Shown here piece by piece: positions 50,995-60,823 of a stretch of 64,000 bases of DNA (position 1 is its first letter; each line of letters opens with the position of its first letter). The stretch spans positions 54,905 through 118,904 of the forward strand of contig DXGC01000073.1 in assembly GCA_019114135.1 (NCBI GenBank). Direction: 5' to 3'. The notes under the pieces were generated by a model. That model did no database searches and was not told the origin of the DNA. It saw only the letters and a list, made by a program, of their open reading frames with translations. The translations under genes were made by a program, and so were the position numbers. The DNA is from Candidatus Corynebacterium avicola. Its GTDB lineage: Bacteria; Actinomycetota; Actinomycetes; Mycobacteriales; Mycobacteriaceae.

Positions 50995-52434
50995 CTAGTT
51001 TCCGCAGGTCGACGCAGCGTCCACCCCGTTGAAGCGGTCACCGATCCAGTCGAAGACCTCCGTCGCGTGGTTGATCTGTGGCACGGCATGTCCCAGACCA
51101 GTTCCCGTCAGTACCGCAGGTGTGTCGTCGGTGAGGAACTTCACCGTCGTCCCGGAAGCGCAGTAGTCCTCGGCGAGCTGCTTGGTCTGGCCGTAGGGGA
51201 TCGTGTCGTCGTTGACCGCGCCCAGGATGAACATGGGAACGTCCACCGGCCGATCACCGAGCCGGTAGTCCGGTCCCAACAGAATCCGGCGCAGATCGTC
51301 GTCGTCCTGGATGATCTCTCCGAAGGAACGCCCGTCGGCGGTCAGTCGGCGTGAATCAAACATGAACGACCCCACAGGATCCGTCACGTCGAAGTCGCTG
51401 AGGTCTGGGGCATCGTCGTCCATGGTGAAGGTGCACTCCGCGGCGGTCTCGTAGAGGAACGCCTTGCCCTCGTCGTTGAAGTACTTGTCGGCAAGCGGGG
51501 TGAGTTCCGGATTGCGCGCAAGCGCACCGTTGAGGGCGAACCCGAGGACGTTACCGCCCATCGAGCCGTCCACGGTGTCGGTGACGTCCTCCAGGTTCGC
51601 CGGAGGAGCCCCGGCGAACACGCCCTTCAAGTTCAGCTCGGGGGCGTAGGAAGACGCCAACTCAGCGGCACCCGCGACGGCCCCACCTCCCTGCGAGTAG
51701 CCGAAGAAGGCGACGGGGGAGTCAGCAGGAGCGTCGGCGAAGGCGAGGCCGGCGCGGGCGGCGTCCAGTACCGCGTGCCCCTCCTCGGTGTGGTTGACGT
51801 AGGTGTGCTGGCCCGGGGTGCCGAGGCCGATGTAGTCGGTGACGACCACCCGGTAACCCGCTGCTGAGGCCATCGCGTAGAACGGGTACTCGTAGTTGAG
51901 GTTGACGTTGTCGGAGGCATTGTCGGCGCTGAACAGCAGATGTCCTGAACGCGACGGGGCGCAGTCGTCGCCGGCGCCGCGGGTTCCGGGCCCGAAGACG
52001 ATGGTGGGCGTCGGTCCTTCGCCTGACCAGGGGCGGGCAGGTTCCATAACGAAGCCGCTGGTCGCGATTGGCGAGCCATCCTGGGCAGTGGACGTGTAGA
52101 GGATCTTGTCGGCACGGGCTGGGGCGTCCTCCCGGTCGAACCCCGCGAGCAGGTGCGGGGCGAACTGGTCGCGGATCAGGCTGCCTGGGGTGGAGGGGAT
52201 GGATGTCGGGGGAGTGTAGAAGGGGTCGGACGCCGGGTCCGCGATCGTCGGGTCTGCTTCAGCCAGACTCGGCGGGACGCCGGGAGCGGTGGCCGAAGAC
52301 GCGGAAATGGTGCCCGGACCGTCTGGGGAGGTGACGATGCCGGCCGCTGCGGTGGCCGCAGTGGCTCCAGCGATGAGGGAAATCGAGGCGAGTACGGAGA
52401 GTCCGGAAGCTGATATCCGGTGAGGAAACGTCAT
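50995..52434 (-). CDS. Secretory lipase (LIP family)
   Basis: Signal peptide; VVVTDYIGLG, GYSQGG, AVNDDTIPY, GLGHA. Confidence 0.88.
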   Translation of the reverse strand: MTFPHRISASGLSVLASISLIAGATAATAAAGIVTSPDGPGTISASSATAPGVPPSLAEADPTIADPASDPFYTPPTSIPSTPGSLIRDQFAPHLLAGFDREDAPARADKILYTSTAQDGSPIATSGFVMEPARPWSGEGPTPTIVFGPGTRGAGDDCAPSRSGHLLFSADNASDNVNLNYEYPFYAMASAAGYRVVVTDYIGLGTPGQHTYVNHTEEGHAVLDAARAGLAFADAPADSPVAFFGYSQGGGAVAGAAELASSYAPELNLKGVFAGAPPANLEDVTDTVDGSMGGNVLGFALNGALARNPELTPLADKYFNDEGKAFLYETAAECTFTMDDDAPDLSDFDVTDPVGSFMFDSRRLTADGRSFGEIIQDDDDLRRILLGPDYRLGDRPVDVPMFILGAVNDDTIPYGQTKQLAEDYCASGTTVKFLTDDTPAVLTGTGLGHAVPQINHATEVFDWIGDRFNGVDAASTCGN

Positions 52435-52642
52435 GACTAAATGGTAAAGGAAACAAAGTACTGTCTGCGGCGTGCGTCCGGGAGCAAAGCCGTCGGTAGT
52501 TCCGCCGGCTGGATGCCGACGACCTTGAGGCCGGGGGTGACGACATCCACCTGCCGATGGCGTCCTGATGCCTGGGTGGGTATAGGATCATCTGGACTCA
52601 TGTGAGTTCCCAATCCAAACCACGTCACTCGTAAAGGACACC

Positions 52643-52849
52643 ATGGAAATCATCGGCTCCATCATTGACCCCATTGCCGGCTTCGTGCAGGGCGGCTGGC
52701 GCGCCTTCCTCGACCTCATCGAGGACACCCCGGTCCGCGAGTTCTTCGGCCAGATCGGACGCTTCGTCGACGACATCGAGGGCTCGATCGGCATCAACCC
52801 CGATGACGAGGTTTCCGACTCCGTCCAGGGCAGCCTCGGTTCCAGCTAG
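52643..52849 (+). CDS. Small acidic amphipathic protein ending GSLGSS; PorH/ProtX-like candidate
   Basis: AAAGGA SD, strongly GC3-biased codons, downstream hairpin 52862-52893, no signal peptide. Confidence 0.6.
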   Translation: MEIIGSIIDPIAGFVQGGWRAFLDLIEDTPVREFFGQIGRFVDDIEGSIGINPDDEVSDSVQGSLGSS

Positions 52850-52962
52850 AAGTGTCTTCGCTTCCTCAGGCACGAATCCTCGTGCTTGGGGAATTGGTGC
52901 CGTTCAGACGACGACGAACTAGCGTTCCTCGCCTGTCGGTACCGGGGGCGGGGCACCAGCAG

Positions 52963-53880
52963 TCATTCCTGGGGTGCTGCAAGCCCGGTGACTCCTTCGG
53001 CCACGGAGCGGAGCCGACGAACTAATACCTTTTCACCCGGGTGCTCGGGCTGTCCTTTCCGTCGACTCAGGAAGATCGTTCGGTCCGGAGAGTTCGGAAC
53101 TGGGATGATTGCGACACCTGGCCGCAGGGGCATGGTTGACAAGGTCGGAGCGAATGCAACACCCACCCCCGCGGCGACCATGCTCTGAGCCTCTGCCCAG
53201 TCGTTCGCGGAGTAGGCGATCTGCGGAGAGAATCCGTACTCGCGCCCCGCCCAGTCCAGGACGGCCCCGATCTGATGGTCGTTGGATCTGGTAACCCATG
53301 TCGTCTGATCCTTCATGAGTTCCGACCAGAACACGTTGCTATCGGAAGACGGGACGAGGAGAACAGTTGGGTCGCGAAGTACCGGAACATAGTCGAACCC
53401 CTCGTCTCGCTGTGTGTTCCACGGGTAACTCCAGGTGAACGCAACGTCGACTTCGCGCTGTCGAAGCATTCGGCGCAACGGGACTAGGCGGGCGCTCCGC
53501 AACTGGAGCCGTACGCCAGTCTCCTCGGGGGAACTTAGCAGTGCGGGGCCTATTGATGTCGCCAGCGTTGGAAATACTCCACAGACCAGGGTTCCCAAAG
53601 AACCTTGCTTCAGTTGGTCGATACGACGACTGAAGGCGGTGAGACTGTCAAAGACCTCATCCGCGTGATTCTGGGCGATCAATCCTGCCTCGGTCGGGGT
53701 TATGCCGCGAGAGTGACGCTCGAAGAGTGCAATACCCAGAGATTTTTCCAGCGTGTTCATGTGCTGGGAGACGGCAGACACAGTGATCCCCTCCTTCTCT
53801 GCAGCTTTGGAAAAGGAGCCGGTTGTGATGACGGACCTTAGCAGTAGAAGGCGTTGGGCTGCGGTGTTGTCCATCTGCAC
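52963..53880 (-). CDS. LysR family transcriptional regulator
   Basis: GSFSKAAEKEGITVSAVSQHMNTLE, LFERHSRGITPTEAG; divergent from the 53993 operon. Confidence 0.92.
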   Translation of the reverse strand: MQMDNTAAQRLLLLRSVITTGSFSKAAEKEGITVSAVSQHMNTLEKSLGIALFERHSRGITPTEAGLIAQNHADEVFDSLTAFSRRIDQLKQGSLGTLVCGVFPTLATSIGPALLSSPEETGVRLQLRSARLVPLRRMLRQREVDVAFTWSYPWNTQRDEGFDYVPVLRDPTVLLVPSSDSNVFWSELMKDQTTWVTRSNDHQIGAVLDWAGREYGFSPQIAYSANDWAEAQSMVAAGVGVAFAPTLSTMPLRPGVAIIPVPNSPDRTIFLSRRKGQPEHPGEKVLVRRLRSVAEGVTGLAAPQE

Positions 53881-53992
53881 AGATTACAGCATTACTTAAA
53901 GCCCCGTCATTGGATTCGCTGTTCACTTAAGTGACGCTGGTCACTAAGGTCCTTTCGTATCGCGGACAATACGCGTACGAGAGGAATCCAGA

Positions 53993-55453
53993 ATGTCAAT
54001 GACCACTGTCGACCAATCGACTCTGGCGGCGAACAAGAAGAACCGACATCGCAAGAACATCTACATAGTTCTCGGGCCGGTGGCCGCCGTCATCGTCTAT
54101 CTTCTCCTTGGCACCTCAAGCCTGAGCCACGAAGGAAAATCAGTAGCTGCAATTGCGACATTGATGGGCGTCTGGTGGGTGTCAGAGGCACTTCCGCTTG
54201 GAGTGGCCTCCCTGGTGCCGATTATCGGGTTCCCACTGCTTGGGGCGTTGCCGGAGAGCGATGCATCCATGGCGTACGCGAACCCGTCGGTGTTCCTGTT
54301 CCTGGGAGGTTTCCTGCTGGCGCTGGGCGTGCAGACCAGTGGGTTGGACGAGCGAATCGCAATTACAACGATCTCGCTCATCGGTAGTTCACCTGCGCGG
54401 GTTGTCGCTGGATTCATGTTGGCCTCAGGTTTCGTCTCGATGTTTGTGTCCAATGGGGCGACGACCATGATGATGCTGCCTATCGCTCTGGCGGTCATCA
54501 GCCTTGTTCGAGAACAACTTCACAAAGACGGTCCGAAGTTCGCCGTCGGCCTCTTGATCGGTGTCGCTTACGCTGCGACCATCGGAGGCCTGGCCAGTCT
54601 TGTCGGTGCGCCAGTCAATCTCATCGCGGCCAACTACATCCAGGACAACACGGGAATCTCCGTGACATTCCTTGACTGGCTCAAGTTCGGTCTTCCTTTC
54701 GCAGTCGTCCTCATGATTGTTGCCTGGTGGCTCATCACTCAGGTCCTGTGGAAGGTTCGGTTCCAGGACCAGGAGGCGGTGAATCGACTCCTGCAGGAGC
54801 ACCGTCAGAAGTTGGGGCCATTACGTCAGGAGGAAAAGTGGTGCATGGTCGCTTTCGCTATCGCCAGCCTGGGGTGGATCGTACTGCCGCTGGTCTGGGA
54901 GGATGCCCCGTTGAGCGATTCGACAGTTGCTGTGATCGTGGGAGTGTCGATGTTCATCATGCCGGCTTCCGACGGCACCCGCCTTCTGAACTGGCAGAAG
55001 ACCCGTGACTTGCCGTGGGACGTCCTCCTGCTTTTCGGTGCAGGATTCAGTCTCTCGGCCGCAGTCTCTGGAACTGACCTCAATGACTGGATTGGGAACG
55101 CTTTCAGCGGCCTCGGCGGGCTGCCCATGCTGCTCATTCTGGCGATTATTGTCATCGCGCTGACCTTTCTCACGGAGTTCACCAGCTCAACCGCAGTGGC
55201 AGCAACGTTCATCCCGATCATCGGGAGTATCGCCACCGGGCTCGGTTTCGAAATCGCGCCACTTGTGGTGGCGGCCGGATACGCGTGTCTCCTTGCGTTT
55301 GCCCTGCCTGTGGGGACCCCACCGAATGCCGTGATCTTCGCAAGCGGCGAGGTCAAGGTCAAGGACCTCATGAAATCTGGTCTGCCAATGAATCTGGTCG
55401 GCATCGCCGTTCTCATGATCCTGTCCGTCACTCTGATTCCAATGGTGATGTAA
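53993..55453 (+). CDS. DASS/SLC13 sodium:dicarboxylate-type symporter
   Basis: WWVSEALP, SMFVSNGAT, LPWDVLLLFGAG, TEFTSSTA, LPVGTPPNA. Confidence 0.92.
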   Translation: MSMTTVDQSTLAANKKNRHRKNIYIVLGPVAAVIVYLLLGTSSLSHEGKSVAAIATLMGVWWVSEALPLGVASLVPIIGFPLLGALPESDASMAYANPSVFLFLGGFLLALGVQTSGLDERIAITTISLIGSSPARVVAGFMLASGFVSMFVSNGATTMMMLPIALAVISLVREQLHKDGPKFAVGLLIGVAYAATIGGLASLVGAPVNLIAANYIQDNTGISVTFLDWLKFGLPFAVVLMIVAWWLITQVLWKVRFQDQEAVNRLLQEHRQKLGPLRQEEKWCMVAFAIASLGWIVLPLVWEDAPLSDSTVAVIVGVSMFIMPASDGTRLLNWQKTRDLPWDVLLLFGAGFSLSAAVSGTDLNDWIGNAFSGLGGLPMLLILAIIVIALTFLTEFTSSTAVAATFIPIIGSIATGLGFEIAPLVVAAGYACLLAFALPVGTPPNAVIFASGEVKVKDLMKSGLPMNLVGIAVLMILSVTLIPMVM

Positions 55454-55455
55454 CT

Positions 55456-56358
55456 ATGTCTCATCCGCTTCCAACTGACCATGCCCGTGACCTTGTCGCC
55501 GGAGCCATCGATCTCCATGTTCACGCAGGACCCGACATCGTCCCCCGCCGATGCACTGCCCAGGAGATCATTCGATGTTTTACCGAGCAGGGACTCGCGG
55601 GGTTTGTGGACAAGAACCACTTTTCTCCGACCACGCTGAAGAACGTGGAGACCAGAGACGGTGGTGCTCAGCACATCAGTTCAGTCGTCCTCAACAACTT
55701 TGTCGGAGGTCTGAATCCCCTCGCGGTTGATATTGCGGCCAGAGCCGGAGCTGGCGTCGTTTGGCTTCCCACCGTCGATGTCGAGATGACTCCGGGCACT
55801 GTCCCAAAGCCGCTCAGCGGATCACCTTCCTCCTGGAGCGCGGTGCGCGACGAAATTATGGAGCGTGGTCTCAACCGGCATGTGGATCCGATCCTCGATG
55901 GTGGCGCACCTTCCCGCGAACTGTTGGCTGTCCTCGAGGTCGTCCGCGACTACGGCCTCACGGTGGCTACCGGCCACCTGCGTTTTCCTGAAACACTCGC
56001 CGCTGTTCGTGCGGCGAAGAAACTGGGAATCGACAACATCATCGTCACTCACCCGGAGTTTCCCTCCCAGCACTTCTCTGACGACCAGAAGCTTGTCCTG
56101 GTGGAGTCCGGCGGAACCCTGGAGTATTGCTACACCACCGCGGCAAGCGGCAAAACCTCCTGGAAACAGTGGTTACACGGTATCGCCACAGTCTCCCCGG
56201 AGCACGTTGTGATCAGCAGCGACGCCGGGCAGCCTGCGAACCCACCAGTCGAGGATTGCATCGCTCTGGCGGCGGACCGGTTGCTGCAGGAAGGGTTCGC
56301 CGACTCTGACATCCGCACAATGACTGTGACGGCGTCTCGCCGACTCATCAATACTTAG
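55456..56358 (+). CDS. Amidohydrolase-fold metalloprotein (DUF6282-like)
   Basis: AIDLHVHAGPD, TGHL, THPEF, SSDAGQ metal-ligand pattern. Confidence 0.75.
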   Translation: MSHPLPTDHARDLVAGAIDLHVHAGPDIVPRRCTAQEIIRCFTEQGLAGFVDKNHFSPTTLKNVETRDGGAQHISSVVLNNFVGGLNPLAVDIAARAGAGVVWLPTVDVEMTPGTVPKPLSGSPSSWSAVRDEIMERGLNRHVDPILDGGAPSRELLAVLEVVRDYGLTVATGHLRFPETLAAVRAAKKLGIDNIIVTHPEFPSQHFSDDQKLVLVESGGTLEYCYTTAASGKTSWKQWLHGIATVSPEHVVISSDAGQPANPPVEDCIALAADRLLQEGFADSDIRTMTVTASRRLINT

Positions 56359-56393
56359 TAAATTCACCCCAATTGAGAATCTGGAGAAAAAAA

Positions 56394-57485
56394 ATGGACA
56401 AACTGAACTTCGCTGTGCTCGAGGGAGACGGTATCGGCCCGGAGGTGACCGATGCGACCCGAAAGGTCCTCGAGGCAGTTCTCGTGGAACTGGGCGTTCC
56501 TTACACGATTGACAGCACCCTGATCGGCTTTCCGGCTCTTGAGAAGCAGGGGACCACATTCCCACCCGAGGCGCTCGACTTGGCGAGCGGTGGGGACGGG
56601 ATCATTCTGGGGCCGGTCTCACACCTGGACTACCCCCCGGTCGCAGAGGGCGGTGTCAACCCCTCGGGCGCACTGCGCCGCAACCTCGACTTGTTTGCGA
56701 ATGTGCGCCCGGCCAAGACCTTTGATGGCGTCCGATACCTGTCGCAAGGGCCGTTCGACCTGGTGATCGTCAGGGAGAATACCGAAGGATTTTACGCGGA
56801 CCGCACGATGTACCAGGGTACTGGCGAAGTTATGCCCACCCGGGACCTGGCAATGGCATTCCGCAAAGTGACGAGAGAGGGGTCGCTGCGTATTGCCCGG
56901 AATGCCTTTGAACTGGCCCGGCAACGGCGAAGTCATGTCACGGCCGTCCACAAGTTCAACGTTCTGCGTACCAGTGACGGACTCTTCCTTGAGTGTGTTC
57001 GTCAGGTGCGGGAGGAGTTCCCAGATGTGGAGTACCGCGAGGAACTCGTCGACGCAATGGCAGCGCTTCTGATTCGCGACGCGTCTCAGTTCGATGTGGT
57101 GGTGACCACCAACATGTTCGGAGACATCCTTTCTGACGAAGCGACGGAACTATCGGGCAGTATCGGACTTGCTGCGTCCCTGAATTCGGGGAAGGACCAC
57201 GCAATGGCCCAGGCCCAGCACGGTTCCGCTCCAAGTCTGGCCGGATTGGACAAGGCGAATCCGTCCTCATTGATTGGCTCGGTGGCGATGCTTTGTGAAT
57301 GGTTGGGTATTCGGAAGAACCTCCCAGAGCTTCATGCGGCCTCAGACTCAATTCATCACGCAATTGCGGAGGCTGTCGCGGACCCTGCCACCCGTACTGG
57401 TGATCTCGGCGGACCGCTCGGAACACAGGCCTTCACTGATGTCGTCACCGAGAAGGCTCTCGCTTTCCTTCGCTCTTCTAAATGA
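56394..57485 (+). CDS. Isocitrate/isopropylmalate (beta-decarboxylating) dehydrogenase family protein
   Basis: GDGIGPEV, LFANVRP, VRENTEG, NMFGDILSD, HGSAP. Confidence 0.92.
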   Translation: MDKLNFAVLEGDGIGPEVTDATRKVLEAVLVELGVPYTIDSTLIGFPALEKQGTTFPPEALDLASGGDGIILGPVSHLDYPPVAEGGVNPSGALRRNLDLFANVRPAKTFDGVRYLSQGPFDLVIVRENTEGFYADRTMYQGTGEVMPTRDLAMAFRKVTREGSLRIARNAFELARQRRSHVTAVHKFNVLRTSDGLFLECVRQVREEFPDVEYREELVDAMAALLIRDASQFDVVVTTNMFGDILSDEATELSGSIGLAASLNSGKDHAMAQAQHGSAPSLAGLDKANPSSLIGSVAMLCEWLGIRKNLPELHAASDSIHHAIAEAVADPATRTGDLGGPLGTQAFTDVVTEKALAFLRSSK

Positions 57486-57790
57486 ACGATGATGCTCGCC
57501 CGATGACTTGGACGGTACCGTTGCTGGACTGTCGCCTGGGTCAGGTAGAACCCTCGATCTGAGCCGTTGACCTGCACGCCCCCGGCAGACTTGTCGACCG
57601 GAGGGCAAACCGAGGGGGATGAAGCCCACACGTTGGTGAGCGACACGATCTTCTTCTGTTAGTACATGGACGATCTGCCTGTGGCCATCCCTGTTGTGCA
57701 ACGTCGATTCGACGGAACCTGCTGTGACTAGCGACTACCATGTTAAGTCTTTGGACGCTGATATTCGGACATCACCGTATTCTCAGGGAC

Positions 57791-58323
57791 ATGGCTCCCA
57801 CAGACTCTGACACCGCATTGATTTCTGCCATCCGATCCGGTGGGCAGAGCGGTGCGGATCGTGGGGCTCTCGACGCCGCGAGTGCCCACGGGGTGGCCAT
57901 CGTGGGCTTGTGTCCGGGCGGGGGTGGGCAGAGGATGTCCCGGAGCCGCCGTGAGTCCTGACCGACTATCCAGAGTTGGTGGAGACACCCTCGGCGGATC
58001 CTGCGCAGCGGACCGAGTGGAATGTGCGCGACAGCGACGTCACCTTGGACATTGCTCTACCTTCGGCCGACGGAGTCGCCGTTTCACCGGGGACAGCACT
58101 CACACTGGCGCTCGCCGAAAAGTACTCGAAGCCATCCATGGTCATTCGTGATGGCGGCCCGGACGAAAGCGCAAAAGTCCTCACCTGGTTGGAAGATCAG
58201 GGGAGAGAGATGACCGTGAACGGCGCCGGCCCTTGGGAGAGCGAGAGTCACGGAGTCTACCGACTGGCCTTCCACGTCATTTTTGGAACTCCTCTCAACA
58301 CACCTGTCCGAAACGTGGGATGA
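57791..58323 (+). pseudogene. Disrupted 'MoCo-carrier'/circularly permuted YpsA SLOG-family gene
   Basis: SGGQSGADRGALDAA...GLCP, frameshift in G-run 57920-24, TGA 57952-54, then YPELVETPS...QRTEWNVRDSD...GTALT...NGAGP. Confidence 0.75.
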
Positions 58324-58373
58324 ATCGTCGTGATTCCACGCGGAATTACAGCGATCCGTCCCACGTCTCGGCC
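58306..58373. repeat. REP-like palindromic element, copy 1 (degenerate)
   Basis: gtccgaaacgtgggatgaatcgtcgtgattcc-acgc-ggaattacagcgatccgtcccacgtctcggcc. Confidence 0.85.
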
Positions 58374-58392
58374 TCAGGCAGTGGCATAGGTC

Positions 58393-59319
58393 TCAGGGCT
58401 GCCCACCGTGTCCGACATCGGCACGGACGAAGCGGACCGTCGCCTCGGCGTTCGCGGTGCGCTTCTCCTCGTCGAAGTCCGGGGCACAGGACAGGAAGAG
58501 GTCCTTGCCGTCCGGCCCGCCGAGAAGGCAGGCGAACACCGGTGCGCCGGGGTCGAGACTCTCGAGGATCTCGCCACCCTCCGCCACATGCAGGACCGGA
58601 CCACCGCCGGCGTCGGCGACCCAGAGGTTGCCGTCGGCGTCCAACCCGCAGCCGTCAGGCTTCACGACGCCGTTGGTCATGACGTCCTCGAGGACGAGCG
58701 ACTCCGGGAACTCGCCGAAGCTCGCCCAGTCACGACGGGGCCCGAGCGAGCCATCCTCTTTGATGTCGAAGGCGCTGACGCGGCCGGAGAAGGTCTCGTT
58801 GACGAGCAGAGTCTTCTTGTCCGGGGTGATCACGCTGCCGTTGGGGAAGTACAGGCCCTCGGCGACGACCCGGGAGGAACCGTCCGGTTCGACGAGGATC
58901 AGGCCGGTCGGCACGACAACGTCGTCGCCGAAGAGGTCGAAGCCGAAGTTGCCGACGTAGGCGCGTCCCTTGTCGTCCACCACCATATCGTTGAGATGGC
59001 CGGCGGCCAGGTCGCTGAGGTCGGCATGCTCGACGACCGTGCCATCGTCCTCACGGCGCAGGATCCGCTGGTCCTTCATCGAGACGACCAGCAGGCGTCC
59101 GTCGGGCAGCCATCCCAGACCCGAGGGCTGCTCCGGGACCTCCAGTTCGGTTCGGAAATCGGAGCCGTCCTCGGCCATGGAGTGCACGGTGTGGCTGTAG
59201 AAGTCGACGAAGTACCACCGGTCGTCGTGCCAACGCGGGCACTCGGTGAAGTGGCGGTCGGTGAGGACGGTGCGGACCTTGCGTGCTACGTGACCCGTGG
59301 GCGGTGTGGTTTCACTCAT
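58393..59319 (-). CDS. SMP-30/gluconolactonase family protein
   Basis: FTECPRWHD, PSGLGW, HLNDMVVD, FPNG, PDGCGLDADGNLWVA. Confidence 0.92.
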   Translation of the reverse strand: MSETTPPTGHVARKVRTVLTDRHFTECPRWHDDRWYFVDFYSHTVHSMAEDGSDFRTELEVPEQPSGLGWLPDGRLLVVSMKDQRILRREDDGTVVEHADLSDLAAGHLNDMVVDDKGRAYVGNFGFDLFGDDVVVPTGLILVEPDGSSRVVAEGLYFPNGSVITPDKKTLLVNETFSGRVSAFDIKEDGSLGPRRDWASFGEFPESLVLEDVMTNGVVKPDGCGLDADGNLWVADAGGGPVLHVAEGGEILESLDPGAPVFACLLGGPDGKDLFLSCAPDFDEEKRTANAEATVRFVRADVGHGGQP

Positions 59320-59437
59320 GAAACCGAGGCTAGCAGCCAGTGGCCGCTGTCACTCCGTGTCCGACCCGGAGATTAGGATGACCTACGGCCGCAAGGCACA
59401 TCAGAACTGTCCGCCACCAACTGTCCCAGGGAGCCGT

Positions 59438-60805
59438 GTGAGTATCCACGTTGTCACCATCGCCGTCCTGGTACTGATCTTCCTCATCGGTACTCTCCGC
59501 AACATCAACCTCGGCATCCTCGGCCTCGTCGGCGGCTTCCTCGTCGCCCTCGGCGTACCAGAGTTCACCGCCGAGGCAGAGGACACCAGCGACGTCTTCT
59601 CTGAAGCCTTCGCCGGATTCCCCGTCGACCTCATGATCGCCCTGATGGGCCTGACCTATCTCTTCGGCTTCGCCCAGCAGAACGGCACCATCGACATCAT
59701 CCTGCGCTGGGCCATGCGCGCGGTCCGCGGCAGTAGGGCAGTGATGCCCTGGATCTTCTTCGCTCTCACCGGGTTCTTCATGTCTATCGGCGCGATCTTC
59801 GCCATCGGCGTGATCTCCCCGCTGGCCATCCCCTTCGCCCGCCGCTACCGCATCAACCAGCTTATGATGGGCATGATGGTCGTCCACGGCGGCATGGCCG
59901 GACTGCTCAGCCCGCTGAGCGTCTACGGCATCTACGTCAACGACTTCCTGCGCAGTCACGACCTCGGCAACCACACCTGGACGCTCTTCGCCATGGCGCT
60001 GGTGTTCAACGTCGTCATGGGTGTCGTAGTCTACGTCTTCCTCGGCGGACGCGACCTCTTCGGCGCCAAGGCGCGTGCCGACGAGGAACTGCTCCGGCAG
60101 GACGCTGCGGCGCGCGACGCCGCAGAGTCGGACGGCGGTGCGTCCGGGGCGTCCGGTAGCTCAACTGCCACCTCTGCCGTGACCGCGATGGCGGGCACCG
60201 CGAACCCGTCGACGGTGACCTGGTACCAGTGGGCCACGATCGTCGGCCTGGCCGTCCTGGTCATCGCCGCCGGCATCTTCGGCCTGGACATCGGCGTGGT
60301 GTCCCTGGCCATCGGTGCAGTCCTCGCGATCCTCAAGCCCGAGGAGTCGAAGAAGGCGCTGGCCAACGTCTCCTGGTCGACCATCGTGCTGGTCGGCGGC
60401 ATGGTCACCTACATCGAGGTGCTGCAGGCGGCGGGCACGGTCGACGTGATCACCGACAGTGTCGCCACCCTCGGCGTCCCGCTGATCGGACTGCTCCTGC
60501 TCTGCTACATGTCCGGAATCGTCTCGGCGCTGGCGTCCTCGATCGCCACCATCGGTATCGCTGTCACCATGGTGGCGCCGTTCATCACCAGCGGCGACCT
60601 GCCGGTCACCGGAGCCGTCGCCGCGATCGCCATCGCGGCCACCGTGGTGGACGTGTCCCCGTTCTCCACCAACGGCGCGATGGTGCTGGCCAATGTCGAC
60701 GCCGAACACCGCGAGCGGTTCTACAAGCAGATGCTTATCTACTCCGGTGTGGTCGTCGCCGTCGGTCCGCTGCTTGCCTGGCTGCTGGTCTTCCTGCCGT
60801 TCTAG
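59438..60805 (+). CDS. MatC-like dicarboxylate carrier (IT/SLC13 superfamily)
   Basis: RNINLGILG, QQNGTID, VDVSPFSTNGA motifs; many TM helices; GTG start. Confidence 0.85.
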   Translation: MSIHVVTIAVLVLIFLIGTLRNINLGILGLVGGFLVALGVPEFTAEAEDTSDVFSEAFAGFPVDLMIALMGLTYLFGFAQQNGTIDIILRWAMRAVRGSRAVMPWIFFALTGFFMSIGAIFAIGVISPLAIPFARRYRINQLMMGMMVVHGGMAGLLSPLSVYGIYVNDFLRSHDLGNHTWTLFAMALVFNVVMGVVVYVFLGGRDLFGAKARADEELLRQDAAARDAAESDGGASGASGSSTATSAVTAMAGTANPSTVTWYQWATIVGLAVLVIAAGIFGLDIGVVSLAIGAVLAILKPEESKKALANVSWSTIVLVGGMVTYIEVLQAAGTVDVITDSVATLGVPLIGLLLLCYMSGIVSALASSIATIGIAVTMVAPFITSGDLPVTGAVAAIAIAATVVDVSPFSTNGAMVLANVDAEHRERFYKQMLIYSGVVVAVGPLLAWLLVFLPF

Positions 60806-60823
60806 GGGGCGCCCATCGTCGAG

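Noticed and set aside
56387-56394. A8 tract between SD and ATG of the dehydrogenase as a phase-variation switch
   Set aside because: Lies in the spacer and first base only, so slippage would not shift the frame; no further support.
57486-57790. Short ORFs (57348-57701, 57356-57646, 57541-57741) after the dehydrogenase
   Set aside because: No motif, SD or codon-bias support; partly overlap real genes.
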